NCBI GenBank assembly: GCA_963815285.1
Contig: CAWFGB010000005.1
Span: forward strand, 423,919-487,918
Length of the DNA: 64,000 bases
Direction of reading: 5' to 3'
Origin: an uncultured Acidobacteriota bacterium
GTDB lineage: Bacteria > Acidobacteriota > Vicinamibacteria > Vicinamibacterales > UBA2999
This document shows positions 1 through 7,923 of the stretch, one piece after another. A model generated the notes under the pieces. The model did no database searches and was not told the origin of the DNA. It saw nothing but the letters and a program-made list of their open reading frames with translations. Position 1 is the stretch's first letter. Every line of letters starts with the position of its first letter. The position numbers and the translations under genes were made by a program.

Positions 1-2065
1 TGCGGTACTGCGAGACCGACGAAGCAAACATCGTGAACTGCTGATCGCCGAGCACGTCGGTGAACGAGATCTGCGTCCCGCCAAAGAAGTCGCCGCCGCT
101 GGTCACGCCGAGCGCCACCGGCGGACGGCCGTCCAGGAACATCTTCTCGAACTTGCCCTTCTTCTTCTGGTTCTCGCTGACCAGCGTGTGCGTCATCGGC
201 GCCTGGAAGTCGATAACCGGTCCCGGAGCGCCGAAATCAGACGTCGCCGCGGTGGCCACCGGCTCTTTCCGGTCGAGAGTGTGCAGGTGGTAGTCGCCCT
301 TGTAGAACGCGATGAACGCAATGCGCGGGTCCGCCGAGCCGTCGCGCAACACGGCGGGCGAGTAGTTGCCGCCGAGCGCGTCGGTGAACTGGCGGAGCTC
401 GCCGCTTTGCATGTTGAGCGTCCACACGTTATGGATGGCGCCGTTTCTCGCCTCGTCCGGATCGACCGGCTTGGCCGGATCCAGGGCCGTGGACGTGAAG
501 ACCAGCGTGTCGGCGTCGAGGAACTGCGCGGCGCCCTCGTCATGCGTGCCGAAGGTAAGCTGCGTGCTCTTGCCTGACGCGATGTCGAGTTTGAAGAGCT
601 TTTCATTGCCGCTGATGCGCTTGAGATAGACAATCGAGCGGCCGTCCGGCGCAAAGGTCGGCGCGTAGTCCGCAAACTCATCGTTGGTGAGGTTGACGAC
701 TTCCTTGCTCTCGAGGTTCAGGCTGTAGATGTCGTTGATCAACCCGCGCGCGGCCGAAAACGCGATGGTCCGGCCATCCGGCGAGAAATCCGGCGACTCG
801 GGCGCATCCACGGTCACCATCGGCACGCGCGTGTCGATCTTGCGCGTGATGACGTTCTGCACGACCAGCGAGCGGTCCTTTTCAGTGCGGACGAAATACG
901 CGAGCCGATCGCCGGCCGGGGCCCACGACATCCACGGCACCGAGACGAAGCGCATCCCAGGCGTCGGGATCGATTCGAAGCCGAGGCTTTGATCGAATCC
1001 GGGCGTGAGACTGCGAATGACCGCGCCGTCCTTGGTCGATAGCAGCACGATGTCGAGCTCGCGATCACGGTTGTTGCCCGTGGCCGCCGCGATCAGGTCG
1101 CCTGACGGTGAGGGTTCGATCGAGAGCACGTTGGAGTATCGGGTCCGTTCCGGATTGGGCGCGAGGTTGCGACCGTAATCGGCCGGACGCTCCTTGTCGC
1201 GGAACGGCTTGAAGCGGTCCTTGAGATAGCGGTCGAACTGCTGATCCCATTCCTCGGCGTCCATGTCGAACGCTTCTCGAAACGCGTTTTCGCCGCCGCC
1301 GATGACGCTCTTGCGCAGCGAGAAGACGAACTGCCGCACGCCTTCCTTGCCCCAGCGCGCTTCGATGAACTCGAAGGCGGCGTGTCCGAGGTTGTAGATG
1401 GTGCGGGCGTTGCCGAAATTGCCGTAGCCCTGTAGCTCCGACATCTTCGGGACCTGATCCGACACGGCCGCGTCGCGGACGTACATCAAGTCGATCGGGC
1501 GCCACACGCCGGTCATGTAGTCCGACATGCCCTCGAAAACCCACAGCGGCATGTTCTGGCGCACCAAAGAGGTGGGGATGATGTCGTACTGGAACTGGTG
1601 GGTGAGTTCGTGCACCGTGAGGCGGTAGAGCAGGTCGGACGGCTCGTCGAGCGGCATGACGATGCGGTAGCGGCTCGGTTCGGCGAACGCGCCCACGCCC
1701 TCCTGGGCCGCGCCGGGGATGACGTTCTGCTGCCAGAACTCACTCGCCGTCGAGAACAGAATCAGCGGCACCTTGAAGGCCAGGTCGTGCTTGAGCTCGG
1801 AGCTGACGTGCTGGTAGGCGCTTTCGGCGTACCCGGCAATCCTCTCGAGGTGAGGCTCGATCTCCGGGTAGTAGTAGATCTCGAAGTGATCGGTCTCGTA
1901 GATTCGCCAGTCGAAGTTGTCGTAGCGGATCTGGTTCTTGCCGAAATACGGAATGTAATCCGTCTGGGCGGAGGCCGTCGCGGCTGGCCCGGCAATGGCG
2001 CCTAGTGCGAACAGGACGGTCACTAGCCGCCGCAACAACGACCGGCCCGGCATGACGATATTCAT
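1..2065 (-). CDS. Secreted zinc-metallopeptidase-like protein with TolB/PD40-type beta-propeller repeats (the 3' end runs off the window, so the C-terminus is missing)
   Basis: My own translation of the minus strand from ATG 2065-2063 (GGGAG 7 nt upstream) stays open to base 1. It reads MNIVMPGRSLLRRLVTVLFALGAIAGPAATASAQ (signal peptide), then TVHELTHQF (HExxH), then FSPDGRTIAF and FAPDGRSIVY (PD40 repeat signatures). It is missing from the supplied ORF track because it is edge-truncated. The listed ORFs in 60-2005 are out-of-frame or antisense shadows. Confidence 0.8.
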   Translation of the reverse strand, partial: MNIVMPGRSLLRRLVTVLFALGAIAGPAATASAQTDYIPYFGKNQIRYDNFDWRIYETDHFEIYYYPEIEPHLERIAGYAESAYQHVSSELKHDLAFKVPLILFSTASEFWQQNVIPGAAQEGVGAFAEPSRYRIVMPLDEPSDLLYRLTVHELTHQFQYDIIPTSLVRQNMPLWVFEGMSDYMTGVWRPIDLMYVRDAAVSDQVPKMSELQGYGNFGNARTIYNLGHAAFEFIEARWGKEGVRQFVFSLRKSVIGGGENAFREAFDMDAEEWDQQFDRYLKDRFKPFRDKERPADYGRNLAPNPERTRYSNVLSIEPSPSGDLIAAATGNNRDRELDIVLLSTKDGAVIRSLTPGFDQSLGFESIPTPGMRFVSVPWMSWAPAGDRLAYFVRTEKDRSLVVQNVITRKIDTRVPMVTVDAPESPDFSPDGRTIAFSAARGLINDIYSLNLESKEVVNLTNDEFADYAPTFAPDGRSIVYLKRISGNEKLFKLDIASGKSTQLTFGTHDEGAAQFLDADTLVFTSTALDPAKPVDPDEARNGAIHNVWTLNMQSGELRQFTDALGGNYSPAVLRDGSADPRIAFIAFYKGDYHLHTLDRKEPVATAATSDFGAPGPVIDFQAPMTHTLVSENQKKKGKFEKMFLDGRPPVALGVTSGGDFFGGTQISFTDVLGDQQFTMFASSVSQYR

Positions 2066-2329
2066 GGACCTACTCCCTGGCAGGCATCTTATTACTGGTT
2101 GCCCTCGCGCGCTCACGTGCGACTACACCACTCTATAACCACTCGCGGCTCGAGGCGTTGTGGCGCGAGCAAATTCTGGACCGGCACGGTTGTCCTCCCG
2201 ACGGGACGCTGCGGGGCTGCGTAGGACCTGGGCCCATCACAGATGCCCCCTTCGGTGGACGCTGGGTTTCGGAGGTGTGTCCGGCATCTATCCCCAGCGA
2301 AGGCGCCGCGAATAAGGCAAAATAGGGTG

Positions 2330-2944
2330 ATGGACCAGCCAAGCTCGAAGATCCGCCTGGTGGCGATGGCTGCCACCGCCATCGCTCTGCTCGCCATCAG
2401 CGTGCCGTTCATCTTTGAAGGACACCTCGAAGCCGAGCCCACCGCGAATGAGGCGCTGGCCCCGGTCGCCTCGCACGACGCGCCGGCACTGAGCGACGAG
2501 GCTCAGGGCGGTTCGTGCATGGTGGACGCCAAGCCTGCGAGCCTGAATTTCACGATGCCCGATCTGCAAGGCAAGGACGTCGCCCTGTCGTCGTTCAAAG
2601 GCAAGGTCATCCTGCTCAACTTCTGGGCGACATGGTGCGGCCCCTGCAAGGCCGAGATCCCCGGATTCGTCGAACTCCAGGATCAGTACGGCAAGGATGG
2701 GCTCGTGGTCGTCGGCTACTCGGTTGACGACGACGCGCCGAAAGCCAAGGCGTTCGCCGATCAGTTCAAGATGAACTATCCGGTTCTGCTCGGCCTCGGT
2801 CGCGAAGACGTGCAGGACGCGTTTGGCCCCATCTGGGGAATTCCTGCGTCGTTCATCATCAGCCGCGACGGTCGCGTCTGCCAGAAGCATCTCGGTATCG
2901 CGCCGAAGGCGGTCTTCGAGAAGGAAATCAAGGCGCTGCTCTAG
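2330..2944 (+). CDS. TlpA/ResA-family thiol:disulfide oxidoreductase (thioredoxin fold), membrane-anchored
   Basis: LNFWATWCGPCKAEIP contains the WCxxC redox motif. The N-terminal hydrophobic segment is RLVAMAATAIALLAISVPFIF. I prefer the internal ATG at 2330 (MDQPSSK) over the track start at 2243, whose first 29 aa are Arg-rich and non-protein-like. Confidence 0.85.
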   Translation: MDQPSSKIRLVAMAATAIALLAISVPFIFEGHLEAEPTANEALAPVASHDAPALSDEAQGGSCMVDAKPASLNFTMPDLQGKDVALSSFKGKVILLNFWATWCGPCKAEIPGFVELQDQYGKDGLVVVGYSVDDDAPKAKAFADQFKMNYPVLLGLGREDVQDAFGPIWGIPASFIISRDGRVCQKHLGIAPKAVFEKEIKALL

Positions 2945-3217
2945 CGATCGGTCGGCGCCGCGCGCGCGAAGGGCTGTAGTATGATCCAAACAGCCCATGT
3001 TGAAAGGTTTCACACACGCGCGTCTTGCTTGCGGCTGCCGCGTGTCATTTCGCGAAGGCACCACCGGCAGCCCAGTCACGGTCGTGGTCGATCAGCCGGC
3101 GCCGGGCTGCATCAATCCTCTCCACGTAAAGGGTCTTCCGCTCTACGACTACCGCGAAGCGCTGCGTCCCTCGACGCGGCTCGGGCCTGTGCTCGACGCG
3201 GACTTCGAAGAAGAAAA

Positions 3218-3382
3218 CTAGCGGGGTTTTTCGTCGTTCAGGCGGCCCGCTTCCCGAAGCGTGCGGCGGAGGACGAACTCGATCTGCGCGTTCAGGCTGC
3301 GCAAGTCGTCGTCCGCCCACCGCTGCATCGCCTCTAGCAGCTTCGGGTCGATCCGGAGAAGAAACGCCTTCCGATCTGACAT
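3218..3382 (-). CDS. Small Arc/ribbon-helix-helix-type DNA-binding protein (54 aa)
   Basis: My own translation gives MSDRKAFLLRIDPKLLEAMQRWADDDLRSLNAQIEFVLRRTLREAGRLNDEKPR. The beta-strand (FLLRI) followed by two helices is typical of RHH/Arc proteins. The ATG lies 5 nt after the SPFH stop codon, so the two are likely co-transcribed. At under 60 aa it is absent from the ORF track. Confidence 0.6.
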   Translation of the reverse strand: MSDRKAFLLRIDPKLLEAMQRWADDDLRSLNAQIEFVLRRTLREAGRLNDEKPR

Positions 3383-3386
3383 CGGC

Positions 3387-4256
3387 CTACTGATAGATGG
3401 TGCCCGTGTTCAGGATCGGCTGGGCGCCGCGCTCCCCGCAGAGCACCACGAGCAGGTTGCTCACCATCGCGGCCTTGCGCTCGTCGTCGAGTTGCACGAT
3501 CTCCTTCTGCGACAGCATGTCGAGCGCCATTTCGACCATGCCGACGGCTCCCTCGACGATGCGCTGTCGTGCCGCGATGATGGCGCCGGCTTGTTGACGC
3601 TGCAGCATGGCCGCGGCAATTTCGGGCGCGTAGGCGAGATGGCTGATGCGCGCCTCGATGACATCCACGCCCGCCTTGGCAAGGCGCTCCTGAATCTCTC
3701 GCTTGAGATGATCGGCGACCGCGTTAGTGTGGCCGCGCAGCGAGATGAGATGCTCGTCGTGCGCGTCGTAGGGATAGCTCGTCGTCAGATTGCGCAGCGC
3801 CGATTCGGACTGCACGTGCACGTAGTTTTCGTAGTCGTCCACCTCGAACACGGCCTCCGCCGTTTCGACCACTTTCCAGACGACGACGGCGGCGATCTCG
3901 ATGGGGTTGCCGTCGCTGTCGTTGACCTTGAGCCGGCCGCTCTCGAAGTTGCGCACGCGCAATGAGACGGCTTTCTTCATCAGCAGCGGGTTGGCCCAGC
4001 GCAGGCCCTGCACTTTCGCGGTGCCGCTGTAGGCGCCGAACAACTGCAGCACCTTCCCCTGATTCGGGTGGACCATGAAGGCGCCGAACATCAGGAACGT
4101 GATCGCGGTGAGGCCGATCGACGTCAGGATGATGGAGACAGGGTTTCGCGCCTGAATCGCCGTGACGAGGAGCCAGATGAGCGCGCCTTCCGCCACGAGC
4201 AGGGTGAGCAGGACAGGGATACCGGGCAGGCCGTTGTATTCGCGTTCGCGAATCAT
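3387..4256 (-). CDS. SPFH/band-7 (stomatin/prohibitin-like) domain membrane protein
   Basis: 289-aa ORF with two N-terminal TM helices followed by an SPFH-like core ([30 protein letters not shown] ... [27 protein letters not shown]). A perfect SD (AAGGAGGAA) lies 8 nt upstream of the ATG. Confidence 0.9.
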   Translation of the reverse strand: MIREREYNGLPGIPVLLTLLVAEGALIWLLVTAIQARNPVSIILTSIGLTAITFLMFGAFMVHPNQGKVLQLFGAYSGTAKVQGLRWANPLLMKKAVSLRVRNFESGRLKVNDSDGNPIEIAAVVVWKVVETAEAVFEVDDYENYVHVQSESALRNLTTSYPYDAHDEHLISLRGHTNAVADHLKREIQERLAKAGVDVIEARISHLAYAPEIAAAMLQRQQAGAIIAARQRIVEGAVGMVEMALDMLSQKEIVQLDDERKAAMVSNLLVVLCGERGAQPILNTGTIYQ

Positions 4257-4315
4257 GGGGGCGTTCCTCCTTGAGATAGCTAAGTGATATCATTTTGCTA
4301 GCTCGAGAGTCAAAT

Positions 4316-4379
4316 TACGCAGATTCTTGGGGGATTTCGCAGAATCTGGTATCCGCAGATTGCGCAGATTACGCAGATT
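4316..4379. repeat. Array of 5 CGCAGAWT units (left arm of the inverted bracket around the GxxExxY gene)
   Basis: The units tacgcagatt, ttcgcagaat and tccgcagatt-gcgcagatt-acgcagatt are read directly. The reverse complement AATCTGCG occurs 4 times at 5557-5600. Confidence 0.85.
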
Positions 4380-4388
4380 CTCTGCTTC

Positions 4389-4556
4389 CCTCACCTCGCC
4401 TCTTTTCTCCCCATCGCCTCGCCTCACCTCACGCCACATCACCTTGCCCGCATCACCTCGCCTCGCCTCGACCTCACCTCACTCACCTGACTCATCTCAC
4501 TCATCTCATCTCACCTCACCTCACCTCACCTCACCTCGCCCTCGCCTCGTCGCTCC
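4389..4556. repeat. C/T-rich low-complexity microsatellite (TCACC/TCGCC units, including a perfect (TCACC)x5 at 4511-4535)
   Basis: Read directly. It translates to SPHLTSPHLTSP-type strings in track ORFs 4295..4642 and 4327..4953, which I regard as spurious. Confidence 0.85.
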
Positions 4557-4796
4557 TTCTCTGGGCCTTGGCTGTGCTGTGCTTCGCTTCATTTCAGTTC
4601 CAGCCGGCGCCATCTCTAACCTCCAACGGCATGGCAACTTGATTCCCAACGCCTCTCATTGTTCTAGTTCGCAGAAAGTGCCACGACGAGAGGTTCAGTT
4701 CGTCGCAGGAACTGAAATTGTCCGCGAGGCCTGGCCGCGAGATCATCGGAATCGCGCCTGGATAGCGACGGCACGCCGGCTGCACATGGTGGCGCC

Positions 4797-5225
4797 ATGG
4801 AGACCAATCATCGCGATCCACAGACCTACGCGATCATCGGTGCGGCGATGGAGGTGCATCGGGAGTTGGGATGCGGATATCTCGAGCCGGTGTATGTCGA
4901 AGCGCTCGAGATCGAGTTGTATGCGCGCCGCATTCCGTACCGCCGCGAAGTGAACTTGCCCATCACGTACAAAGGGCACCTGCTGAAAAGGTTCTATCGA
5001 GTGGACTTCATCTGTCACGACGAGGTGCTGGTCGAACTCAAAGCACTCCAGTCGCTCGGGCCGATCGAGGAGGCACAGCTAATCAACTACCTCTGCGCCG
5101 CCAGACGCGCCCGCGGTCTGCTGCTCAACTTCGGCACGAGGAGCCTGCAGTATAAACGTCGCGTGTGGCGGTACGAACCGGAGAACCCGGCACCCGGTGA
5201 GGGGCCTGAGGCATCGAGTAGGTGA
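4797..5225 (+). CDS. GxxExxY family protein (PD-(D/E)XK nuclease-like fold)
   Basis: METNHRDPQTYAIIGAAMEVHRELGCGYLEPVYVEALEIELYARRIPYRREVNLPITYKG...RVDFICHDEVLVELKA. The G-YL-E-PV-Y motif and the D...ELK core are characteristic of this family. Confidence 0.85.
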   Translation: METNHRDPQTYAIIGAAMEVHRELGCGYLEPVYVEALEIELYARRIPYRREVNLPITYKGHLLKRFYRVDFICHDEVLVELKALQSLGPIEEAQLINYLCAARRARGLLLNFGTRSLQYKRRVWRYEPENPAPGEGPEASSR

Positions 5226-5252
5226 GCGCGTTTGAGCGATGGGTTATCGAGC

Positions 5253-5392
5253 CGGTCCCTGCGCGACGACGCACGGCCTGTCCCTGCGCGCGACGAAGCA
5301 CGGTCTGTCCTGCGCGACGCTGTCCCTGCGCGAACTGTCTCCGCGCGACGACGCACGGCCTGTCCCTGCGTGACGCACGGCCTGTCCCCGCG
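5253..5392. repeat. About 7 tandem degenerate copies of a CTGTCCCTGCGCG-containing unit of about 20 nt
   Basis: gacgcacggcctgtccctgcg recurs, read directly, immediately 3' of the GxxExxY stop. Confidence 0.8.
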
Positions 5393-5430
5393 TGAATGCG
5401 TGGCGCACCGCCCCTGAGCCGTAATGGATT

Positions 5431-5555
5431 ATTGAGCCGCAGTCGGCCATTGAGTGGCGAGCCACAATCGCATTGAGCGGCGGTCGGTCGGCGATTGAGC
5501 TGCGGTCGGTCGCTAATTGAGCCGCGGTCCTGGCAATTGAGCCGCAGACAAACCG
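5431..5555. repeat. Six tandem copies of an ATTGAGC(N)GC-GGTCGG unit of about 20-22 nt
   Basis: attgagccgcagtcggcc / attgagtggcgagcc.. / attgagcggcggtcggtcggcg / attgagctgcggtcggtcgcta / attgagccgcggtcctggca / attgagccgcagacaaaccgc. Confidence 0.8.
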
Positions 5556-5556
5556 C

Positions 5557-5600
5557 AATCTGCGCAATCTGCGCAATCTGCGGATAATCCTCAATCTGCG
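5557..5600. repeat. Array of 4 AATCTGCG units (right arm, inverted relative to 4316-4379)
   Basis: caatctgcg-caatctgcg-caatctgcg ... tcaatctgcg. It ends 4 nt before the stop codon of the EEP gene. Confidence 0.85.
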
Positions 5601-5603
5601 TAA

Positions 5604-6335
5604 TCAAAACCGAATCCGCAAATCCGCCACCAGCGGGAGATGATCGGACGCGATCTTGGCGAGGCGGTCCCGGGGCAGCCATACCTTGTCGATCTCGACG
5701 CGAGCTCCCTCGTAATAGATGTGATCCAGGTGCACGACGGGGAAGAAGCCAGGGTAGGTTCGCTTGCGTTGGAGGTGCTTGGTGAGGTCGATGCTGTGCA
5801 GCTTCTCCGCGAGCACGTCCGTCGTCAGCCCGCGCGCCCATTCGTTGAAGTCGCCGAGGACAATCTTGGGGCCGACGACGCGACGGTCGTGGACCGAGGT
5901 CGCGAGCTTGCGGGCTTGTTCCCGGCGTTCGTACAACGCGGTCCCCAGATGCACGTTGTAGAAGTGCAGGATGGCGCTCTCGCCGACTTCCAGATCGACG
6001 CGTTGGGCCAGACGCGGTTCGCAGGTCTTCCAGCTCAAGTCGTACTGCTGGTGATGCTTGACCGGAAAGTGCGAGAGCACGACGTTGCCAAAAAGCGCGT
6101 TGCGAAAATGACGCGTGGGTGCCATCACCCAGCCCATGCCCAACGCCGCGCCGATTTCGGCGGCGTGCCCGGGCTTGAGCGGACTGGCGCCAACGACTTC
6201 CTGCAGCGCGATGACGTCCGCGTTGATCGAGGCCAGCACCGCCGCGATGCGCTCCGGTCGGGTGCGACCGTCGAGACCGCGGCAGCGGTGCACGTTATAG
6301 GTGACCACCCGAAGGGTGACTTCTTGCGGCGACAT
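5604..6335 (-). CDS. Endonuclease/exonuclease/phosphatase (EEP) family protein
   Basis: LRVVTYNVHRCRGLDGRTRPERIAAVLASINADVIALQEV ... GDFNEW ... SDHLPLVADL are the canonical EEP motifs. Confidence 0.9.
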   Translation of the reverse strand: MSPQEVTLRVVTYNVHRCRGLDGRTRPERIAAVLASINADVIALQEVVGASPLKPGHAAEIGAALGMGWVMAPTRHFRNALFGNVVLSHFPVKHHQQYDLSWKTCEPRLAQRVDLEVGESAILHFYNVHLGTALYERREQARKLATSVHDRRVVGPKIVLGDFNEWARGLTTDVLAEKLHSIDLTKHLQRKRTYPGFFPVVHLDHIYYEGARVEIDKVWLPRDRLAKIASDHLPLVADLRIRF

Positions 6336-6344
6336 CGAGTCTGG

Positions 6345-6647
6345 TCAGTCGAGGTCGAAACCGCGCAGCGGCTTGGAAATCGGCTCTTTGTTCGCTTCCT
6401 TGAGCGCCTCCTCGAACCGTTTCGACAGTGCGTCCCCGCGGGTCTTGTGGTCCTGGACCGACTGCTCGAAGATGGCATTCCGGCGCGCTTCCTGCTCAGC
6501 CAGGATGCGCTGGGCCTCGCCCAGTTCCGGCCGGTTTGGATTAGGCGGCTCGCGGTGCTCGATGACGCGACCCAGATTCGTGTCCACCACCAGCACGGCA
6601 TTGCAGCATGGGCAGGTGAGTTCGAGTTCGCTTTTCAAGCGGGCCAT
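6345..6647 (-). CDS. Hypothetical protein with a short N-terminal Cys cluster (CPCC) and a charged helical C-terminal half
   Basis: 100-aa ORF with good G/C third-position bias, located 9 nt upstream of the EEP gene on the same strand. I did not recognise a family. Confidence 0.5.
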   Translation of the reverse strand: MARLKSELELTCPCCNAVLVVDTNLGRVIEHREPPNPNRPELGEAQRILAEQEARRNAIFEQSVQDHKTRGDALSKRFEEALKEANKEPISKPLRGFDLD

Positions 6648-6666
6648 GGCAACAGCGTAGCTTATA

Positions 6667-7590
6667 ATGCGCGCTATGAAACGAGCGCTGGTGCTTGGAG
6701 CAGTGGTCGTTGTCGGGGCCCTGTCGGTGGCCGTAGCGGCATCTCAGCAATCCACTGAGAAGCCGAAATTGATCGAGGTCGATAAGCTTCGCCCCAACCT
6801 GTTCGTGCTGCGCGGCGGCGGCGGCAACACCGGCGTGTTCATCACGACCAAGGGGGTGGTGGTGGTGGACTCCAAGAACCCCGGGTGGGGTCAGCCGATC
6901 CTCGACAAGATCAAGGAACTGACGCCGAACCCGATCACCCACCTCATCAATACCCACACGCATGGCGACCACGTCAGCGGCAACGTCGAATTCCCGACGG
7001 CCGTCGAGATCGTCGCCCAGGCCAATACCGCCGCCAACATGAAGGAGATGCGCACGGTCACCGGCTTCAAGCCAGGAGGGCCCAACATCTTCACGGAAAA
7101 CAAGGGCCGCGGGTTACCCAAGCGCACGTTCACCGACCGGCTTACCATCGGCAGCGGCGCCGATCAGGTCGATCTCCACTACTTCGGACGCGGGCATACC
7201 AACGGCGACGCCTGGATCGTCTTCCCGTCCCTCCAGGTCGCTCACGCCGGGGACATCTTCTCGGGCAAAAACCTGCCCTTGCTCGATGCCAACAACGGCG
7301 GCAGCGGGCTCGAGATCGGGGACACGCTGGCCAAAGCCGCCGCCGGCATGCCGAAGGTGGAGACCATCATCACCGGTCACAGCACCCAGATGACGATGGC
7401 GGATCTCAAGGAATATGCGCAGTTCAATCGCGACTTCGCGAACGCCGTGCGGGAAGGGAAAAAGGCCGGGCGGAGCGTCGATGAGATCGCCAAGAGTTGG
7501 ACCATTCCTTCGAGCTATGCGGGATACAGCCAGCCCCAGGCCGAAAGGCTGCGGTCGAACGTCGAGGTTGTCTACAACGAGATCAAGTAG
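6667..7590 (+). CDS. Secreted MBL-fold metallo-hydrolase
   Basis: INTHTHGDHVSGN carries the HxHxDH motif, with a later GHTNGD. The signal peptide is MKRALVLGAVVVVGALSVAVAASQQ. The true start may be the second ATG at 6676, since TATAAT at 6663-6668 overlaps the first ATG. Confidence 0.9.
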   Translation: MRAMKRALVLGAVVVVGALSVAVAASQQSTEKPKLIEVDKLRPNLFVLRGGGGNTGVFITTKGVVVVDSKNPGWGQPILDKIKELTPNPITHLINTHTHGDHVSGNVEFPTAVEIVAQANTAANMKEMRTVTGFKPGGPNIFTENKGRGLPKRTFTDRLTIGSGADQVDLHYFGRGHTNGDAWIVFPSLQVAHAGDIFSGKNLPLLDANNGGSGLEIGDTLAKAAAGMPKVETIITGHSTQMTMADLKEYAQFNRDFANAVREGKKAGRSVDEIAKSWTIPSSYAGYSQPQAERLRSNVEVVYNEIK

Positions 7591-7618
7591 GGAGTCCGGC
7601 CCTCGGCGGCGGGGAAGG

Positions 7619-7648
7619 AGGCCGGATCGGCTGGTCCGGTCTTTTTTT
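7619..7648 (+). terminator. Rho-independent terminator of the MBL hydrolase gene
   Basis: The AGGCCGGA-tcggctgg-TCCGGTCT stem (one G-U pair) is followed by TTTTTT. Confidence 0.7.
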
Positions 7649-7923
7649 GTCCTTCCAGGCACTGAACCCACCGGTTCCAGGCCGTATCAGGTTGGCATCG
7701 GGCACCTTTCTGACGCGAATCATGTTCGTCCCCACATTCGTATATCCAAGCAGTAGGTTTGCTGGTAGGCTATGTCCTTCCATTACGTGTCGCATGTGGC
7801 GCATCAAGTTCTTGACGAGTGTCACGATGTCGCTCTCAAAATGACAACATGGACTTCCATCCGCCAATTCGCCCCGGCGGGATGGTTTCTAATCTTGGTG
7901 GGCTATCGCTGAGGATTCTCCCC

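Noticed and set aside
2997-3221. 74-aa plus-strand ORF (MLKGFTHARLACGCRVSF...) and the overlapping minus-strand ORF 3045..3320
   Set aside because: Both frames have only moderate G/C third-position bias (roughly 70-75% by hand count, below the obviously coding genes). Neither has a recognisable motif or SD. The minus ORF would fully overlap the RHH gene in another frame. The question is unresolved, so neither is reported as a feature.
4295-4953. ORFs translating to SPHLTSPHL / RRLRRLRR strings
   Set aside because: They are translations of the microsatellite and CGCAGATT arrays flanking the GxxExxY gene. They have no start context and are low-complexity only.
5640-6758. 372-aa plus-strand ORF
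   Set aside because: It is antisense to the EEP gene and the 100-aa gene. The composition is Arg/Gly/His/Val-rich with no motifs. This is a typical high-GC shadow ORF, and the opposite strand has clear EEP motifs.
7583-7867. 94-aa minus-strand ORF in the lower-GC spacer after the MBL gene
   Set aside because: It runs through the rho-independent terminator of the convergent gene, has weak codon bias and no recognisable motif. It is more likely non-coding island-boundary sequence.
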